NCBI GenBank assembly: GCA_900548725.1
Contig: URLV01000002.1
Location: 2,312 to 66,311, forward strand
Direction: 5' to 3'
DNA length: 64,000 nucleotides
Source: an uncultured Mycoplasmatota bacterium
Lineage (GTDB): Bacteria > Bacillota_I > Bacilli_A > RF39 > UBA660
Shown here: in pieces, positions 18,341 to 28,642 of the stretch
Position numbering within the stretch: position 1 is the stretch's first letter
Layout: every line of letters starts with the position of its first letter
Notes under the pieces: generated by a model
Seen by the model: the letters and a program-made list of their open reading frames with translations, nothing else
Databases searched by the model: none
Told to the model about the DNA's origin: nothing
Position numbers and translations under genes: made by a program

Positions 18341-18784
18341 TTATTTACATTCATATTTTTTATCATTAAAATATTTTATAATATCTTTCTCATTATTCAA
18401 TTTAACAATATCTTTTATTCCATATAAATCATAATCTTTTTGATTTATTTTTTTCATATCATAATTCATATAGTATGTTAATTTTTTTTCTTCTTGCTCT
18501 ATATTAGTTATTACACCTTCATTTTTTTTAATAATATTTAAATATGCTTTAACATTATCATAATTATCGACTACTTCATCCATTGTTTTATAATTTAAAT
18601 CATACTTAATATTTAAATTTTTTATATTTTTCTTAAATACAATTTTATAAGTAATTTTATTATCATTTATCTTATTAACACATACCAATTCTCTTTCTTT
18701 ATTTAACATAAAATACAATATAATTGATACGATAATAAGAATTGATAAGAATATTATAATTATGTATTTTTTACTAGTTTTCAT
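18341..18784 (-). CDS. hypothetical N-terminally anchored small protein (last gene of the secreted-paralog operon)
   Basis: N-terminal TM segment YIIIIFLSILIIVSIILYF. Start overlaps the stop of the upstream ORF by 11 nt. Confidence 0.55.
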   Translation of the reverse strand: MKTSKKYIIIIFLSILIIVSIILYFMLNKERELVCVNKINDNKITYKIVFKKNIKNLNIKYDLNYKTMDEVVDNYDNVKAYLNIIKKNEGVITNIEQEEKKLTYYMNYDMKKINQKDYDLYGIKDIVKLNNEKDIIKYFNDKKYECK

Positions 18785-20711
18785 ATATAGTTGATGAAAT
18801 ATCAGATATTACAAAATTAGATTTTTCTTGAGATAAAGTTTCTAAATCATTAATAAATTTAGTTTCTTCTTCTGTTTTTTCTCTATTAAAGAAATAGTAA
18901 ATTTTTACATCATCTTCCCCAATATAATTTTCTAAACTTCCTGAAGTTATAATACTTATATCTTTATCTGAAATGGTAGAAATTCCAAAATTTGGACGTA
19001 AAATAACAGCAAAAACATCTGATAATTTTATTAATTCATTTTCATCTTTATATAATGTTTGAATTCCAATATTATTTTTCATTAAAGGAAAATAATTACT
19101 TTCAAAATTTACATAATATAATTTTTTAGTTCTTTCATTAAAATAAGTATTATAATATGAACTAACATTTGAATCTATTTTTATTAGTGAAACTGTATCA
19201 TCTTCATTTTTACTAAATTCAACAATTTCATTTTTTTCATAATTATAGTCAATGCTATTATTAGAATTATAACTGCTAAATGATAATTCAAAATCCACAT
19301 GTCCATTACCAGTAGTTGATAAATCCTGAATTGAAATATGAATATTACTATAATTAATTGTACCAGAAGCAATATAAATTCTTAATCTATCACTTAACTT
19401 CTCATAATAATAGTTATCACTACTTCCTCCTCTAATATTGACATTAAGAGAATCATAATCTACACCATCATTAAACTTTATATCTGTAGCAATCCATTCT
19501 TTGGCATTAAGATTTGAACCATCTATTTGATATGATACTAAATCACCAACAACATAATAATGATAATCATTATATTGCAAAGTAATTTCATTGCCTTGAG
19601 AATCATTAGCTTTACTCTCCTTAGAAATTGTTTTTAGTTCACTTATTTTTGATTGATTATTATTTTCTATACTTAATTCACTAGGTTTAACATTTGTAAC
19701 TGATAAATTATAATTACTTTTATCTTTTGGCATAATATATATATTTACAGTTTTATAAGTATTATGGTAACCATCAACTAAAACAAAATTACCACTATAT
19801 GTACTATATGTATCAGTTGAAATAAAACATCTTATTTTATTTTTACCAATATATTTAGTTTTTACATTCATATTTGAATAATTGTTTTCATAAACTTCTG
19901 GTTGTACACTATTTTCATTTAAAGTTATATCAAATACAATATATTTACCAGTTTGACCATCTACCATAAACTCTTGAAGATTATCTTTAATTTTATAATA
20001 AGAACCATTATATTCTAATTTATTTTGATTAATAAAATTTTCATCGCTTGCAAGTTCAACTGAAACTACGTCTAGTGGAACCAATTTTTTTTCATATTCG
20101 GTTACTAAAGTAAAACCATTTATACCACAGTATCCATAAAACTTTTCTGATGATTCTGACTCAACAGCAGTTTTAAAATTTACTTTAAATGTAAATTCAT
20201 ATTCATAAGGACATGTTATGGTTTCATTTGTAGTATCTACTACAACATTTTTATCATCTAATTCTATATTATAATTTTCAGCATCAGTAACATAATGAAG
20301 TAATATATCTACAGAATCATCTTCTTCACCTGTTTTTTGATATGTATTTAATAATCCCTCATTATTTTCATAATAAATATTTAAATTAGTATTTAAATTA
20401 TTTATTTCTTCCTCTGATAAGAGATTATATTTTTCTTCACTTTCATTATAAACATATATTATATTATCATTAACATAATAATAAATATAAATATTCGTAT
20501 CACCAATATTATTTCTTGTAAATAATGCTCCTGCTTTACTTGCTCTAGCAGCACTTATCCATGTATCTTCATGAAATACAGTATTTCCAATTACAATATC
20601 TCCTTTAGTTAAAATAGAACTTGAAGCTGCATTTGTAATCATACCAAAAGCAAAGAACATTATAAACATTATTAATATTTTTTCTATTTTATTATTCATT
20701 ACACTTTTCAC
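18774..20711 (-). CDS. secreted protein, paralog family member (645 aa)
   Basis: Signal peptide. The N-terminal ~300 aa are collinear with the 409-aa neighbour (GDIVIGNTVFHEDTWISAARASKAGALFT, TCPYEYEFTF, KYIVFDITLNEN). Confidence 0.6.
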   Translation of the reverse strand: MKSVMNNKIEKILIMFIMFFAFGMITNAASSSILTKGDIVIGNTVFHEDTWISAARASKAGALFTRNNIGDTNIYIYYYVNDNIIYVYNESEEKYNLLSEEEINNLNTNLNIYYENNEGLLNTYQKTGEEDDSVDILLHYVTDAENYNIELDDKNVVVDTTNETITCPYEYEFTFKVNFKTAVESESSEKFYGYCGINGFTLVTEYEKKLVPLDVVSVELASDENFINQNKLEYNGSYYKIKDNLQEFMVDGQTGKYIVFDITLNENSVQPEVYENNYSNMNVKTKYIGKNKIRCFISTDTYSTYSGNFVLVDGYHNTYKTVNIYIMPKDKSNYNLSVTNVKPSELSIENNNQSKISELKTISKESKANDSQGNEITLQYNDYHYYVVGDLVSYQIDGSNLNAKEWIATDIKFNDGVDYDSLNVNIRGGSSDNYYYEKLSDRLRIYIASGTINYSNIHISIQDLSTTGNGHVDFELSFSSYNSNNSIDYNYEKNEIVEFSKNEDDTVSLIKIDSNVSSYYNTYFNERTKKLYYVNFESNYFPLMKNNIGIQTLYKDENELIKLSDVFAVILRPNFGISTISDKDISIITSGSLENYIGEDDVKIYYFFNREKTEEETKFINDLETLSQEKSNFVISDISSTIYEN

Positions 20712-21937
20712 TCCTCTTTACTAATATTTGTTATGTCTAAAACAACATCACTTAATAATAATTTACCTGTTTCAGGCACATAAATTCTTTCTTCATAATT
20801 TGTATCTTTATATTTTATAGTAGCATAACCATCTATTTTAATTCCGTCTTTATCATATAAAAATAATCGTTGTTTTCCAGCGGTATCTTTCTCAGAATCC
20901 CATTCATAATAATATGTATTATCTTTTCTATCATCTATATCAATATATAAATCTTTATAATTTTGTCTATAATTATCTAATATAACAAAGTGATATGTAT
21001 TTAAAATTGTAGATTTAATTGGAACATATATTCTAACCGTATTATTATCTATATTTCTACTGACAACTTTAAGTTTATTATTACTTTCTTTATTTAAAAA
21101 ACTATAATGATAAATATTGTTGTTTTCATCAAATTTTATATCAAACATTACATATTTATTTTCATCTAGTGATAATCCTAGATCTTCATCAATGATATCA
21201 AATGTTTCCAACTCTTCATTTACTTTATAAGTATAATAAAAATTTTCTACACTATTTTTTAAAGATATTTTTGACTGATTAGGATAATTTACATTTGATA
21301 TCTGAACATTATTTATTTTTATATCTATCAAATTATGTAAATCTTTTTCTTCAAAAACAATATCATCCTGAGAACAACGTCCCACATAATCAATGCTAGT
21401 ATTATCAGCATATAATAAACTAAATTCAAATTCGTAATCAAATGGACATGTAACTGTGTTATCTGATTTATCAAATATTATATTTGAATCATTTATAATA
21501 AAAGTACTGTCTTCTGAATTATATAAATTAAGTAAAAAAGATAATTCAGTTGGCACTCCTAATTCATTTTTTAGTTTGTCATACTTAATATTAATTGGAT
21601 TATTATTTTCATAAAAAATTTTCAAATTATTTTCTAATTCATCTAATTCGTAATCTTCTAATTTACGATATTGACCATCATCATCCAATTCATACCACAA
21701 GTTAGTAGTAATAACTTTATAGGTTTTTACATCTATACTAGATGTGTTTTTAGTAAATAAAGCACCAGCTTTACCAGCTCTCGTAGCACTAATCCACGTA
21801 CCACTTCTAAAAGCAGTATTACCAATTATTATATCTCCATTCTTTACATTATCATAAATTCCTTGTGCATCAACAAATGAAATAAATGAAAATGAAATAA
21901 TAAATGAAAATATTAATTTTATTATTTTATTCTTCAT
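20708..21937 (-). CDS. secreted protein, paralog family member (409 aa)
   Basis: Signal peptide ...SFVDA. Shares its N-terminal module with the 645-aa ORF and its C-terminal ~65-aa module with the 305-aa ORF. Confidence 0.6.
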   Translation of the reverse strand: MKNKIIKLIFSFIISFSFISFVDAQGIYDNVKNGDIIIGNTAFRSGTWISATRAGKAGALFTKNTSSIDVKTYKVITTNLWYELDDDGQYRKLEDYELDELENNLKIFYENNNPINIKYDKLKNELGVPTELSFLLNLYNSEDSTFIINDSNIIFDKSDNTVTCPFDYEFEFSLLYADNTSIDYVGRCSQDDIVFEEKDLHNLIDIKINNVQISNVNYPNQSKISLKNSVENFYYTYKVNEELETFDIIDEDLGLSLDENKYVMFDIKFDENNNIYHYSFLNKESNNKLKVVSRNIDNNTVRIYVPIKSTILNTYHFVILDNYRQNYKDLYIDIDDRKDNTYYYEWDSEKDTAGKQRLFLYDKDGIKIDGYATIKYKDTNYEERIYVPETGKLLLSDVVLDITNISKEE

Positions 21938-21950
21938 TAAACTTCCCTTC

Positions 21951-22868
21951 TTAATTTCCTTTTACATTGCTAATTGTAACAATATCTTTAATAAGTAAAA
22001 TTCCATTTGTAGTAACATTCATTGTTTCACTATAATCAGAACCTTTATAACTTACTAAAACACTTCCTGAAACTTTAGTTCCACTTTCATCAACAATATA
22101 TAAATATTGTTGTCCTGCTGCATCTTTATCATTGCCCCAAACAACATTATAAGTTTTAACCTTTTTTGTTGTCGTTGTAGTTGTCGTAGTTTCTTGAGGT
22201 TTTTTAGTTGTTGTAGGTTCTTGTTTTTTTGTTGTTTCCTGTTTTTTAGTAGTTGATTCTTGCTTTTTAATAGTTTCTTGTTGTTTTACTGTAGTAGTAT
22301 TAGAACCATTCTTTTTAGTAGTCTGTTGTTTTATTGTAGTAGTACTAGTTGTTGTTGTATTCTCTTCTTTTGTAGCAACTATAGCATATCTACTTAAATG
22401 ATTTACATAAAAAATTATATTTCCATTATTATAAGTAGCATTTATAGTTTCTTTTACTTCATTATTATCTAAATATAATACTTTAAAATTATTATAATTA
22501 AATGAATTATCAAAAGGAATTCTTATCTTAAGTTTAGTATTATCTACATTGACTAAATTATTATTTTTATCAACAATATTTATATCATAAACAGAAATCA
22601 AATTTTCAATATCTATTTTATCATTTACTCTACTAACTACTAATTTATTTGTATCTTTTATTTCACTAGAATCACTATAATTAATAATAATACCAGTACT
22701 ACTATCTTTCAAAATGTTTTCTTTTTTTATTGAAGTAGTTGTAGTAGACATTTTATTATTATCATTCCTTTTTAAACTATTTCCAAGTACAAATATTAGA
22801 AAAAATATTAATAATAATATACATACAATTAATCCTATAACAACATATTTCTTTTTATTATTTTCCAC
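21951..22868 (-). CDS. membrane-anchored/secreted protein with Thr/Lys/Gln-rich linker (first gene of the operon)
   Basis: GTG start with an AAAGGAG RBS. N-terminal TM segment, (T)nKKQE-type low-complexity linker, and a C-terminal module YNVVWGNDKDAAGQQYLYIVDESGTKVSG... shared with the 409-aa ORF. Confidence 0.6.
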   Translation of the reverse strand: MENNKKKYVVIGLIVCILLLIFFLIFVLGNSLKRNDNNKMSTTTTSIKKENILKDSSTGIIINYSDSSEIKDTNKLVVSRVNDKIDIENLISVYDINIVDKNNNLVNVDNTKLKIRIPFDNSFNYNNFKVLYLDNNEVKETINATYNNGNIIFYVNHLSRYAIVATKEENTTTTSTTTIKQQTTKKNGSNTTTVKQQETIKKQESTTKKQETTKKQEPTTTKKPQETTTTTTTTKKVKTYNVVWGNDKDAAGQQYLYIVDESGTKVSGSVLVSYKGSDYSETMNVTTNGILLIKDIVTISNVKGN

Positions 22869-22894
22869 TATTTTTGCTCCTTTCTACAACGAAA

Positions 22895-22959
22895 AAATTA
22901 TATCTTTTTTTATACCCCCCCCCCCGACTGCTTTTCGAGGCGGAGAGAAGATATAATTT
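22895..22959. repeat. 12-bp perfect inverted repeat AAATTATATCTT / AAGATATAATTT (22895-22906 and 22948-22959) bracketing a 41-bp GC-rich core
   Basis: Read directly. Each arm presents a GATATAAT (-10-like) box pointing outward. Confidence 0.8.
22915..22925. repeat. homopolymeric C11 (G11 on the coding strand) tract in the promoter region of the secreted-paralog operon
   Basis: Eleven consecutive C counted at 22915-22925, 47-57 nt upstream of the GTG at 22868 and 12 nt upstream of the TATAAT at 22897-22902 (minus). Confidence 0.9.
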
Positions 22960-23087
22960 CATTAATTTTTTCATTAGTTTTTAATTTTTTTGTTAATTCA
23001 AAAATATAAAATTAAATAATATTAGTAAATCAACATTAGAGCATTACTACTCTAAATAAATTATAGTATATTAAAAATAATTTGTAA

Positions 23088-23120
23088 AGAAAAAGATTAG
23101 AACTAAACTAATTCTAATCT
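23088..23120 (-). terminator. terminator of the alpha operon (after rplQ)
   Basis: AGATTAGAA-9 nt-TTCTAATCT hairpin overlapping the rplQ stop, followed on the minus strand by TTTTTCTTT. Confidence 0.5.
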
Positions 23121-23444
23121 TACCATTAAAGCATCGTCTCCGATTCTTTCTTTTAATTTTATAATACGAGTATATCCACCATTACGGTCAGCATACTTAG
23201 GTGCTAATTCATTAAATACTTTACTAACAACAGCTTTATCATTATGTAAGAAAGCTAAAGCTTGTCTACGACTTACTAAAGTACCTTTTTTTCCATAAGT
23301 AATCATTTTATCAATGAACTTACGTGCTTCTTTAGCTCTTGCTTCAGTAGTTACTACATATCCGTTAGTTATAACATCTTTAGTAATACCAGCTAATATG
23401 CTTCTTCTAATACGTGATTCTCTTCCTAATTTTCTGTATGACAT
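23103..23444 (-). CDS. rplQ: 50S ribosomal protein L17
   Basis: [17 protein letters not shown]... follows rpoA in the canonical position. Confidence 0.95.
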   Translation of the reverse strand: MSYRKLGRESRIRRSILAGITKDVITNGYVVTTEARAKEARKFIDKMITYGKKGTLVSRRQALAFLHNDKAVVSKVFNELAPKYADRNGGYTRIIKLKERIGDDALMVRLELV

Positions 23445-23455
23445 ATTTTCACTCC

Positions 23456-24397
23456 TTATTCGTGGAACTTAAGTCCCATTTCTTTTACTTTATCTATTAC
23501 TTCTTTTAAAGATTTCTTACCTAAATTACGTATCTTAGTAACTTCAACTTCTTTTTTATCAATTAAATCTTGCATTGTATTTATACCAGCTCTTTTTAAG
23601 CAGTTATATGCTCTAACACTAAATTCAATTTCTTCAATTGGAGTTTCTAAAGTTTTTGTAATAGTATCAACTTTCTTTTCAGCTATGATACCAGTAATAT
23701 CTGAAATTTGATTTAAATCTGCTACTATATTTAAGTGTTCAATTAATATTTTACTAGCTAAAGCTATAGCTTCTTCTGGAGTAATTGAACCGTTTGTGTA
23801 AACATTCATAGTTAATTTATCATAATTTTCATTTTGACCAACACGAGCATCAGTTACTTCATAACTAACTCTTTCGATTGGTGAATATAATGAATCAATT
23901 GGAATAACATCTACACCAACATTATCTAATAACACTTTATTTTGTTTAGAATCAACATATCCACGACCGTTTCCAACAGTCATTTCCATATCAATTTTTC
24001 CACCTTCAACTAAGTTACAAATAACTAAGTCTGGGTTGATTATTTCTATATCAGCATCATGTTCTATCATACCAGCAGTTACAGGTCCTTCTGTATTTGC
24101 TGATAATCTCATAACTTTATTTTCTTTAGTATGATTTTTTACAACTAAACTTTTTAAATTGATAATAATAGTTGTTACATCTTCTCTAATTCCATCTATT
24201 TTTTGGAATTCATGTAAAACTCCATCAATTTTAACACTTGTTACTGCACTTCCAGGTAAACTAGAAAGCATAACTCTTCTTAATGCATTTCCAATAGTAG
24301 TACCAAAACCTCTTTCTAAAGGTTCTAATTCAAATTTTCCATAACTATTTTTTTCAACATATTCAGTTATTTTATATTCTGGTTTTTCAAAATTCAT
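23456..24397 (-). CDS. rpoA: DNA-directed RNA polymerase alpha subunit
   Basis: 313 aa. [18 protein letters not shown] motif and C-terminal domain [13 protein letters not shown]. Confidence 0.95.
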   Translation of the reverse strand: MNFEKPEYKITEYVEKNSYGKFELEPLERGFGTTIGNALRRVMLSSLPGSAVTSVKIDGVLHEFQKIDGIREDVTTIIINLKSLVVKNHTKENKVMRLSANTEGPVTAGMIEHDADIEIINPDLVICNLVEGGKIDMEMTVGNGRGYVDSKQNKVLLDNVGVDVIPIDSLYSPIERVSYEVTDARVGQNENYDKLTMNVYTNGSITPEEAIALASKILIEHLNIVADLNQISDITGIIAEKKVDTITKTLETPIEEIEFSVRAYNCLKRAGINTMQDLIDKKEVEVTKIRNLGKKSLKEVIDKVKEMGLKFHE

Positions 24398-24408
24398 AAC
24401 TTTCCTCC

Positions 24409-24792
24409 TTAATTTCTTGGACGTTTAGGTGGTCTACAACCATTATGTGGAACTGGTGTTTCATCATTTATAGCAGTAATTTCAAGTCCAGCAGTTTGTA
24501 ATGCACGAATAGCATTTTCTCTACCATTACCCATTCCTCTTACAAATACTTCAACCTTTTTTACTCCAGCATCACTAGCAGCACGTCCAGCTTGTTCAGC
24601 AGCTTGTCCTGCAGCAAAAGGAGTCTTTTTCTTTGATCCCTTATAACCAATTGTTCCAGCAGAAGCCCAACTAATTACATTTCCTAATGTATCAGTAATT
24701 GATACAACTGTATTATTGTAAGTTGAATGTATATGTGCTTGACCTTCTGGAATATTTTTCTTTACTTTTCTTTTTCTTCTATTATAAGCCAT
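24409..24792 (-). CDS. rpsK: 30S ribosomal protein S11
   Basis: [18 protein letters not shown]...[12 protein letters not shown]-type C-terminus. Confidence 0.95.
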   Translation of the reverse strand: MAYNRRKRKVKKNIPEGQAHIHSTYNNTVVSITDTLGNVISWASAGTIGYKGSKKKTPFAAGQAAEQAGRAASDAGVKKVEVFVRGMGNGRENAIRALQTAGLEITAINDETPVPHNGCRPPKRPRN

Positions 24793-24813
24793 AATTCTTT
24801 ATCCTCCTAAATA

Positions 24814-25188
24814 CTATTTACCAACTTTTTTCTTGTTAGCAACTACTTTTCCTCTACCTTTACGAGTTCTAGCATTTCTATTAGTTCTTTGTCCACGAAC
24901 TGGTAAACCTTTTTTATGTCTAACACCTTCGTATGAACCAATTTCCATTTTATTCTTAATGTTCATATTTACTTCACGACGTAACTCACCTTCAACTAAA
25001 TATTTGTCTACTTCATTTCTTAAAAGAGCTTCTTCTTCATTAGTTAAATCTTTAACTTTTTTAAGTACGTCTACATTAGCAGCTTCACAAATAGTTTTTG
25101 CTAAGCTTCTTCCTATACCATAAATATGAGTAAGTCCTGTTTGTATATTTTTATCTTTTGGTAATTCGATATTTTTAATACGTGCCAT
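24814..25188 (-). CDS. rpsM: 30S ribosomal protein S13
   Basis: [13 protein letters not shown]...LTHIYGIG motif. Confidence 0.95.
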   Translation of the reverse strand: MARIKNIELPKDKNIQTGLTHIYGIGRSLAKTICEAANVDVLKKVKDLTNEEEALLRNEVDKYLVEGELRREVNMNIKNKMEIGSYEGVRHKKGLPVRGQRTNRNARTRKGRGKVVANKKKVGK

Positions 25189-25200
25189 AATTTCCTCCTA

Positions 25201-25314
25201 TTAACCTTGTCTTTGTTTGTGTTTTGGATTTTCACAAATAACCATAACTTTACCTTTTCTTCTTATTATTCTACATTTAGCACAAATTTTCTTTACAGAT
25301 GGTCTAACTTTCAT
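25201..25314 (-). CDS. rpmJ: 50S ribosomal protein L36 (below the ORF-track size cut-off)
   Basis: Hand translation gives [37 protein letters not shown]. Lies between infA and rpsM. Confidence 0.9.
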   Translation of the reverse strand: MKVRPSVKKICAKCRIIRRKGKVMVICENPKHKQRQG

Positions 25315-25329
25315 AATTAAATTCCTCCA

Positions 25330-25542
25330 TTATCTTCTATAAGTAATTCGCCCACGTTTTAAATCATATGGTGAAAACTCTACTGTAACCTTGTCACCTG
25401 GTAAGACACGAATCATATTCATTCGCATTTTACCAGAAACGCGAGCCATTACAATAGTTCCATTCTCTAATTCCACTTTATAATCGTCTTTTATACTATC
25501 TAGTACTTTACCTTCGACTTCTATTGTAGCTTCTTTAGCCAT
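25330..25542 (-). CDS. infA: translation initiation factor IF-1
   Basis: 70 aa; ...[33 protein letters not shown]. Confidence 0.95.
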   Translation of the reverse strand: MAKEATIEVEGKVLDSIKDDYKVELENGTIVMARVSGKMRMNMIRVLPGDKVTVEFSPYDLKRGRITYRR

Positions 25543-25545
25543 TTT

Positions 25546-26292
25546 TCACTCTCCCGTTAATATTTCATATCCATCATCACGAACAACTATTGTGTGCTCG
25601 AAATGTGCGCTAGGTTTTTGATCACGAGTCACAATAGTCCAATCATCATCAAGGACATAAATTTTTCTAGTACCACTGTTCAACATTGGCTCAACTGCCA
25701 AAGTCATACCAGTTTTTAAAGTTATTCCTGTATTATATTTACCATAATTTGGAACATCTGGATCTTCATGAAGACTTGTTCCAACACCATGACCAACTAA
25801 TTCACGAACAACTCCTAAATTATGCTTTTTAGCATATTGTTCAATTCTTGCACCGACATTACCGAGCTTAGCACCATTCTTAATTTCCTTAAGACCAGTG
25901 AATAAAGCCTTTTCAGTATGATGTAGTAAATACTCTTTTTCTTTACTAATCTTTCCTACAGGATATGTCCAAGCAGAATCTGAATGATATCCGTCAAGAA
26001 GTACTCCAATATCAAGCGAAACAATATCTCCTTCTTTTAAAACTTTATCTCCAGGAATTCCGTGAACTATTTCTTCATTAACAGAAACACAAATTGAACC
26101 AGGAAACCCATAAAGTCCTAAAAATCCAGGAATACCGCCATGACTTCTAATAAATTTATCAGCTTCATCACTTAAGTATTTTGTAGTAATACCAGGTTTA
26201 ATTAAAGACTTCAAATATTGATGTGTCAAATAATTAATATGACCTGCTTTTTTCATTTTTGATATTTCTTCTTCACTTTTAATAGATATCAT
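25546..26292 (-). CDS. map: type I methionine aminopeptidase
   Basis: 248 aa. Metal-ligand context DIVSLDIG, GHGVG, EPM, FEHT. Located between adk and infA. Confidence 0.9.
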   Translation of the reverse strand: MISIKSEEEISKMKKAGHINYLTHQYLKSLIKPGITTKYLSDEADKFIRSHGGIPGFLGLYGFPGSICVSVNEEIVHGIPGDKVLKEGDIVSLDIGVLLDGYHSDSAWTYPVGKISKEKEYLLHHTEKALFTGLKEIKNGAKLGNVGARIEQYAKKHNLGVVRELVGHGVGTSLHEDPDVPNYGKYNTGITLKTGMTLAVEPMLNSGTRKIYVLDDDWTIVTRDQKPSAHFEHTIVVRDDGYEILTGE

Positions 26293-26936
26293 TTACCAAT
26301 CACTTTCTTTACCTCCATAAATGTTTCATCTGGAGTATCAATTTTATCAATAACAACTAACTTTCCTTTATTCTTGTAATAATCTAATAAAGGTTTAGTA
26401 TTTTCTAAATAAGTATCAAATCTAACCTTAAATGATTCTTCATTATCATCAGTACGACTAACTAACTCTACATTACAATTATCACATAGATTATCATTTT
26501 TAGGTTTCATTATTTCATTATACTTATTATAAATCTTATTACATTTAGGACAAGTAATACGTCCTAATGCTCTATGCATTGCAGTTTCACGATTAACATT
26601 TAAATATATAACTGCATCTATATCTAAATTGAGTTCTAATAGTAAATTTTCTAATATATCTGCTTGTTTTATATTTCTTGGATATCCATCTAATATAAAT
26701 GACGTAGATATATTTTCTAATTTTTCTTTTAGTAAATCAGTTACGATATTATCATCAACTAATTTACCAGTAGACAATAGTTCTTTTAGTTTATTACCTA
26801 ATTCACTACCATCTTGTTGTTTGACACGAAGTAAATCTCCTGTAGATATATGTTCATATCCACATGCACTTACGAGTTGTTCACTCAAAGTACCTTTTCC
26901 AGCAGCTGGAGGCGCAATAAGAATTAAATTTTTCAT
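26289..26936 (-). CDS. adk: adenylate kinase (zinc-lid type)
   Basis: P-loop APPAAGKGT and lid CPKCNKIY...CDNCNVELVSRTDD. Confidence 0.9.
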   Translation of the reverse strand: MKNLILIAPPAAGKGTLSEQLVSACGYEHISTGDLLRVKQQDGSELGNKLKELLSTGKLVDDNIVTDLLKEKLENISTSFILDGYPRNIKQADILENLLLELNLDIDAVIYLNVNRETAMHRALGRITCPKCNKIYNKYNEIMKPKNDNLCDNCNVELVSRTDDNEESFKVRFDTYLENTKPLLDYYKNKGKLVVIDKIDTPDETFMEVKKVIGK

Positions 26937-28201
26937 CTTCTGCGTCTCTTTCTACTAGTTTTATAACTACGACTAACAATTGAACTTTCAAGTTGTTTAT
27001 AAGTTTCTAATGCAACACCAACCACAATTAGTAATCCAGTTCCACCAAGTGTTACAGAACTAGATATATTTGGTATCTTCCCCATTAATATAGGTAAAGC
27101 TGCAATAACAATTAAGAAAATTGAACCAACAACTGTAAGTCTAGTTATAACATATTTTAAATATTGGCTAGTTTTTTCACCTGGAGTAATACCAGGAATA
27201 TAGCTTCTATTTTTATCTAAATTTTCACTCATCTCATCAGGATTTAATTCCATTAATGTATAAACATATCCAAATACAAATATTAATACAATATAAAGTA
27301 TAAATCCAGTTAATGATGTATAATTAATATAATTATTAACGAAGTTTTTAAAAGCTTCATTTTTTATAACACTAGCAATTAAAGATGGTATACCAATAAA
27401 TGCTGATGCAAATATTACGGGCATAACACTAGCACTATTTAACTTAATTGGTATATATGATTGCTCTTTATTATATGCTGTACTAGTTCTATTACTATAT
27501 TGAATTGGTATTCTTCTTTGAGCAGTCTCAATAAATATTACACCAACTAATATAAGTACATAAACAAGTACAAACAAGATAAACCATGCTATACCAGCAC
27601 CAGTACTAAAATTACCAGAAGTAACAAGATCATTAAATGCAGTTACAAAAGTATTTGGCAATTGTTGAACAATACCTGCCATTATTAACAATGACATACC
27701 ATTTCCAATACCTTTATTAGTTACTTCATCAGCTAACCATATCAATAGTGAACTACCAGCAGTTAAATAAAGAGTAGTCTTCATAACAGTTAAAGTTCCC
27801 ATACCTTTTAAATATGCATAACTAAATATATAACCTTGAACAAAAGCAAATAATATTCCTAAATATCTATTAATTCTGTTAATTTTTTGTCTTCCTGTAG
27901 CCCCTTCTTCTTTTAATTCTTTAAAGTATGGTATTATATCCATTTGTAATAATTGAGTTATAATTGAAGCCGAAATATAAGGAATAACTCCTAACGCAAA
28001 TATACTAAATGTCTTTAAACTACCACCACTCATTAAATTCAAAAGCTCTAAGAATCCTAAATCACTAGTAATTTGTTTAGCACCAGGAACAACTATTCCA
28101 GTACCAATTACGAATATAGCCAAAACGGCTAAAGTGAATAGAATTCTTTTTCTTAAATCTTTATTAGTAGGACTAAATAATCCTTTAAGATTTGAAAACA
28201 T
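26933..28201 (-). CDS. secY: preprotein translocase subunit SecY
   Basis: 422-aa, 10-TM ORF in the canonical position after rplO. Confidence 0.95.
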   Translation of the reverse strand: MFSNLKGLFSPTNKDLRKRILFTLAVLAIFVIGTGIVVPGAKQITSDLGFLELLNLMSGGSLKTFSIFALGVIPYISASIITQLLQMDIIPYFKELKEEGATGRQKINRINRYLGILFAFVQGYIFSYAYLKGMGTLTVMKTTLYLTAGSSLLIWLADEVTNKGIGNGMSLLIMAGIVQQLPNTFVTAFNDLVTSGNFSTGAGIAWFILFVLVYVLILVGVIFIETAQRRIPIQYSNRTSTAYNKEQSYIPIKLNSASVMPVIFASAFIGIPSLIASVIKNEAFKNFVNNYINYTSLTGFILYIVLIFVFGYVYTLMELNPDEMSENLDKNRSYIPGITPGEKTSQYLKYVITRLTVVGSIFLIVIAALPILMGKIPNISSSVTLGGTGLLIVVGVALETYKQLESSIVSRSYKTSRKRRRR

Positions 28202-28641
28202 TAAATCACCTCAGCAGTTCCGCCAGCATTCTCTATTTTAGTTACAGCACTTGAAGAAAATCTATTAGCTTTTATAGTTAATTTTTTTTCTAAAGTACCA
28301 TTTCCTAATACTTTTAATCCACAAAGTTCTTTTTTAATAATACCTTTTTCTTTTAATAATTCAAGAGTTATAACATCTCCATCATTAAATCTGTTTAAAT
28401 CACTTAAATTAATTGTAGCGAATTCAATTCTAAATCTAGCATTATTAAATCCTCTTTTTGGTATTCTTCTATATAATGGGCTTTGTCCACCTTCGAACCA
28501 AGCTTTAATACTTGCTCCACTTCTAGACTTTTGTCCATTTTCTCCACGAGTTGAAGTTTTACCCATTCCACTTCCGGCTCCACGTCCAACTCTTTTTGTT
28601 GCTTTTCTTTCAGGAGTACGAGATAAATTTTCTAATTTCAT
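28201..28641 (-). CDS. rplO: 50S ribosomal protein L15
   Basis: MKLENLSRTPERKATKRVGRGAGSGMGKTS... Start set at ATG 28641, 1 nt after the rpsE stop. Confidence 0.9.
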   Translation of the reverse strand: MKLENLSRTPERKATKRVGRGAGSGMGKTSTRGENGQKSRSGASIKAWFEGGQSPLYRRIPKRGFNNARFRIEFATINLSDLNRFNDGDVITLELLKEKGIIKKELCGLKVLGNGTLEKKLTIKANRFSSSAVTKIENAGGTAEVI

Positions 28642-28642
28642 A

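Noticed and set aside
22714-22956. 80-aa plus-strand ORF crossing the poly-C tract (…FFIPPPPTAFRGGEKI)
   Set aside because: It is antisense to the 5' end of the 305-aa gene and runs through the promoter and homopolymer region. The PPPP stretch is only the C11 tract translated. No RBS.
22895-22959. Invertible DNA switch (fimS/hin-like) defined by the 12-bp inverted repeats
   Set aside because: The segment between the repeats is only 41 bp, far shorter than known invertible promoters. No recombinase gene is nearby. Homopolymer slippage is the simpler mechanism.
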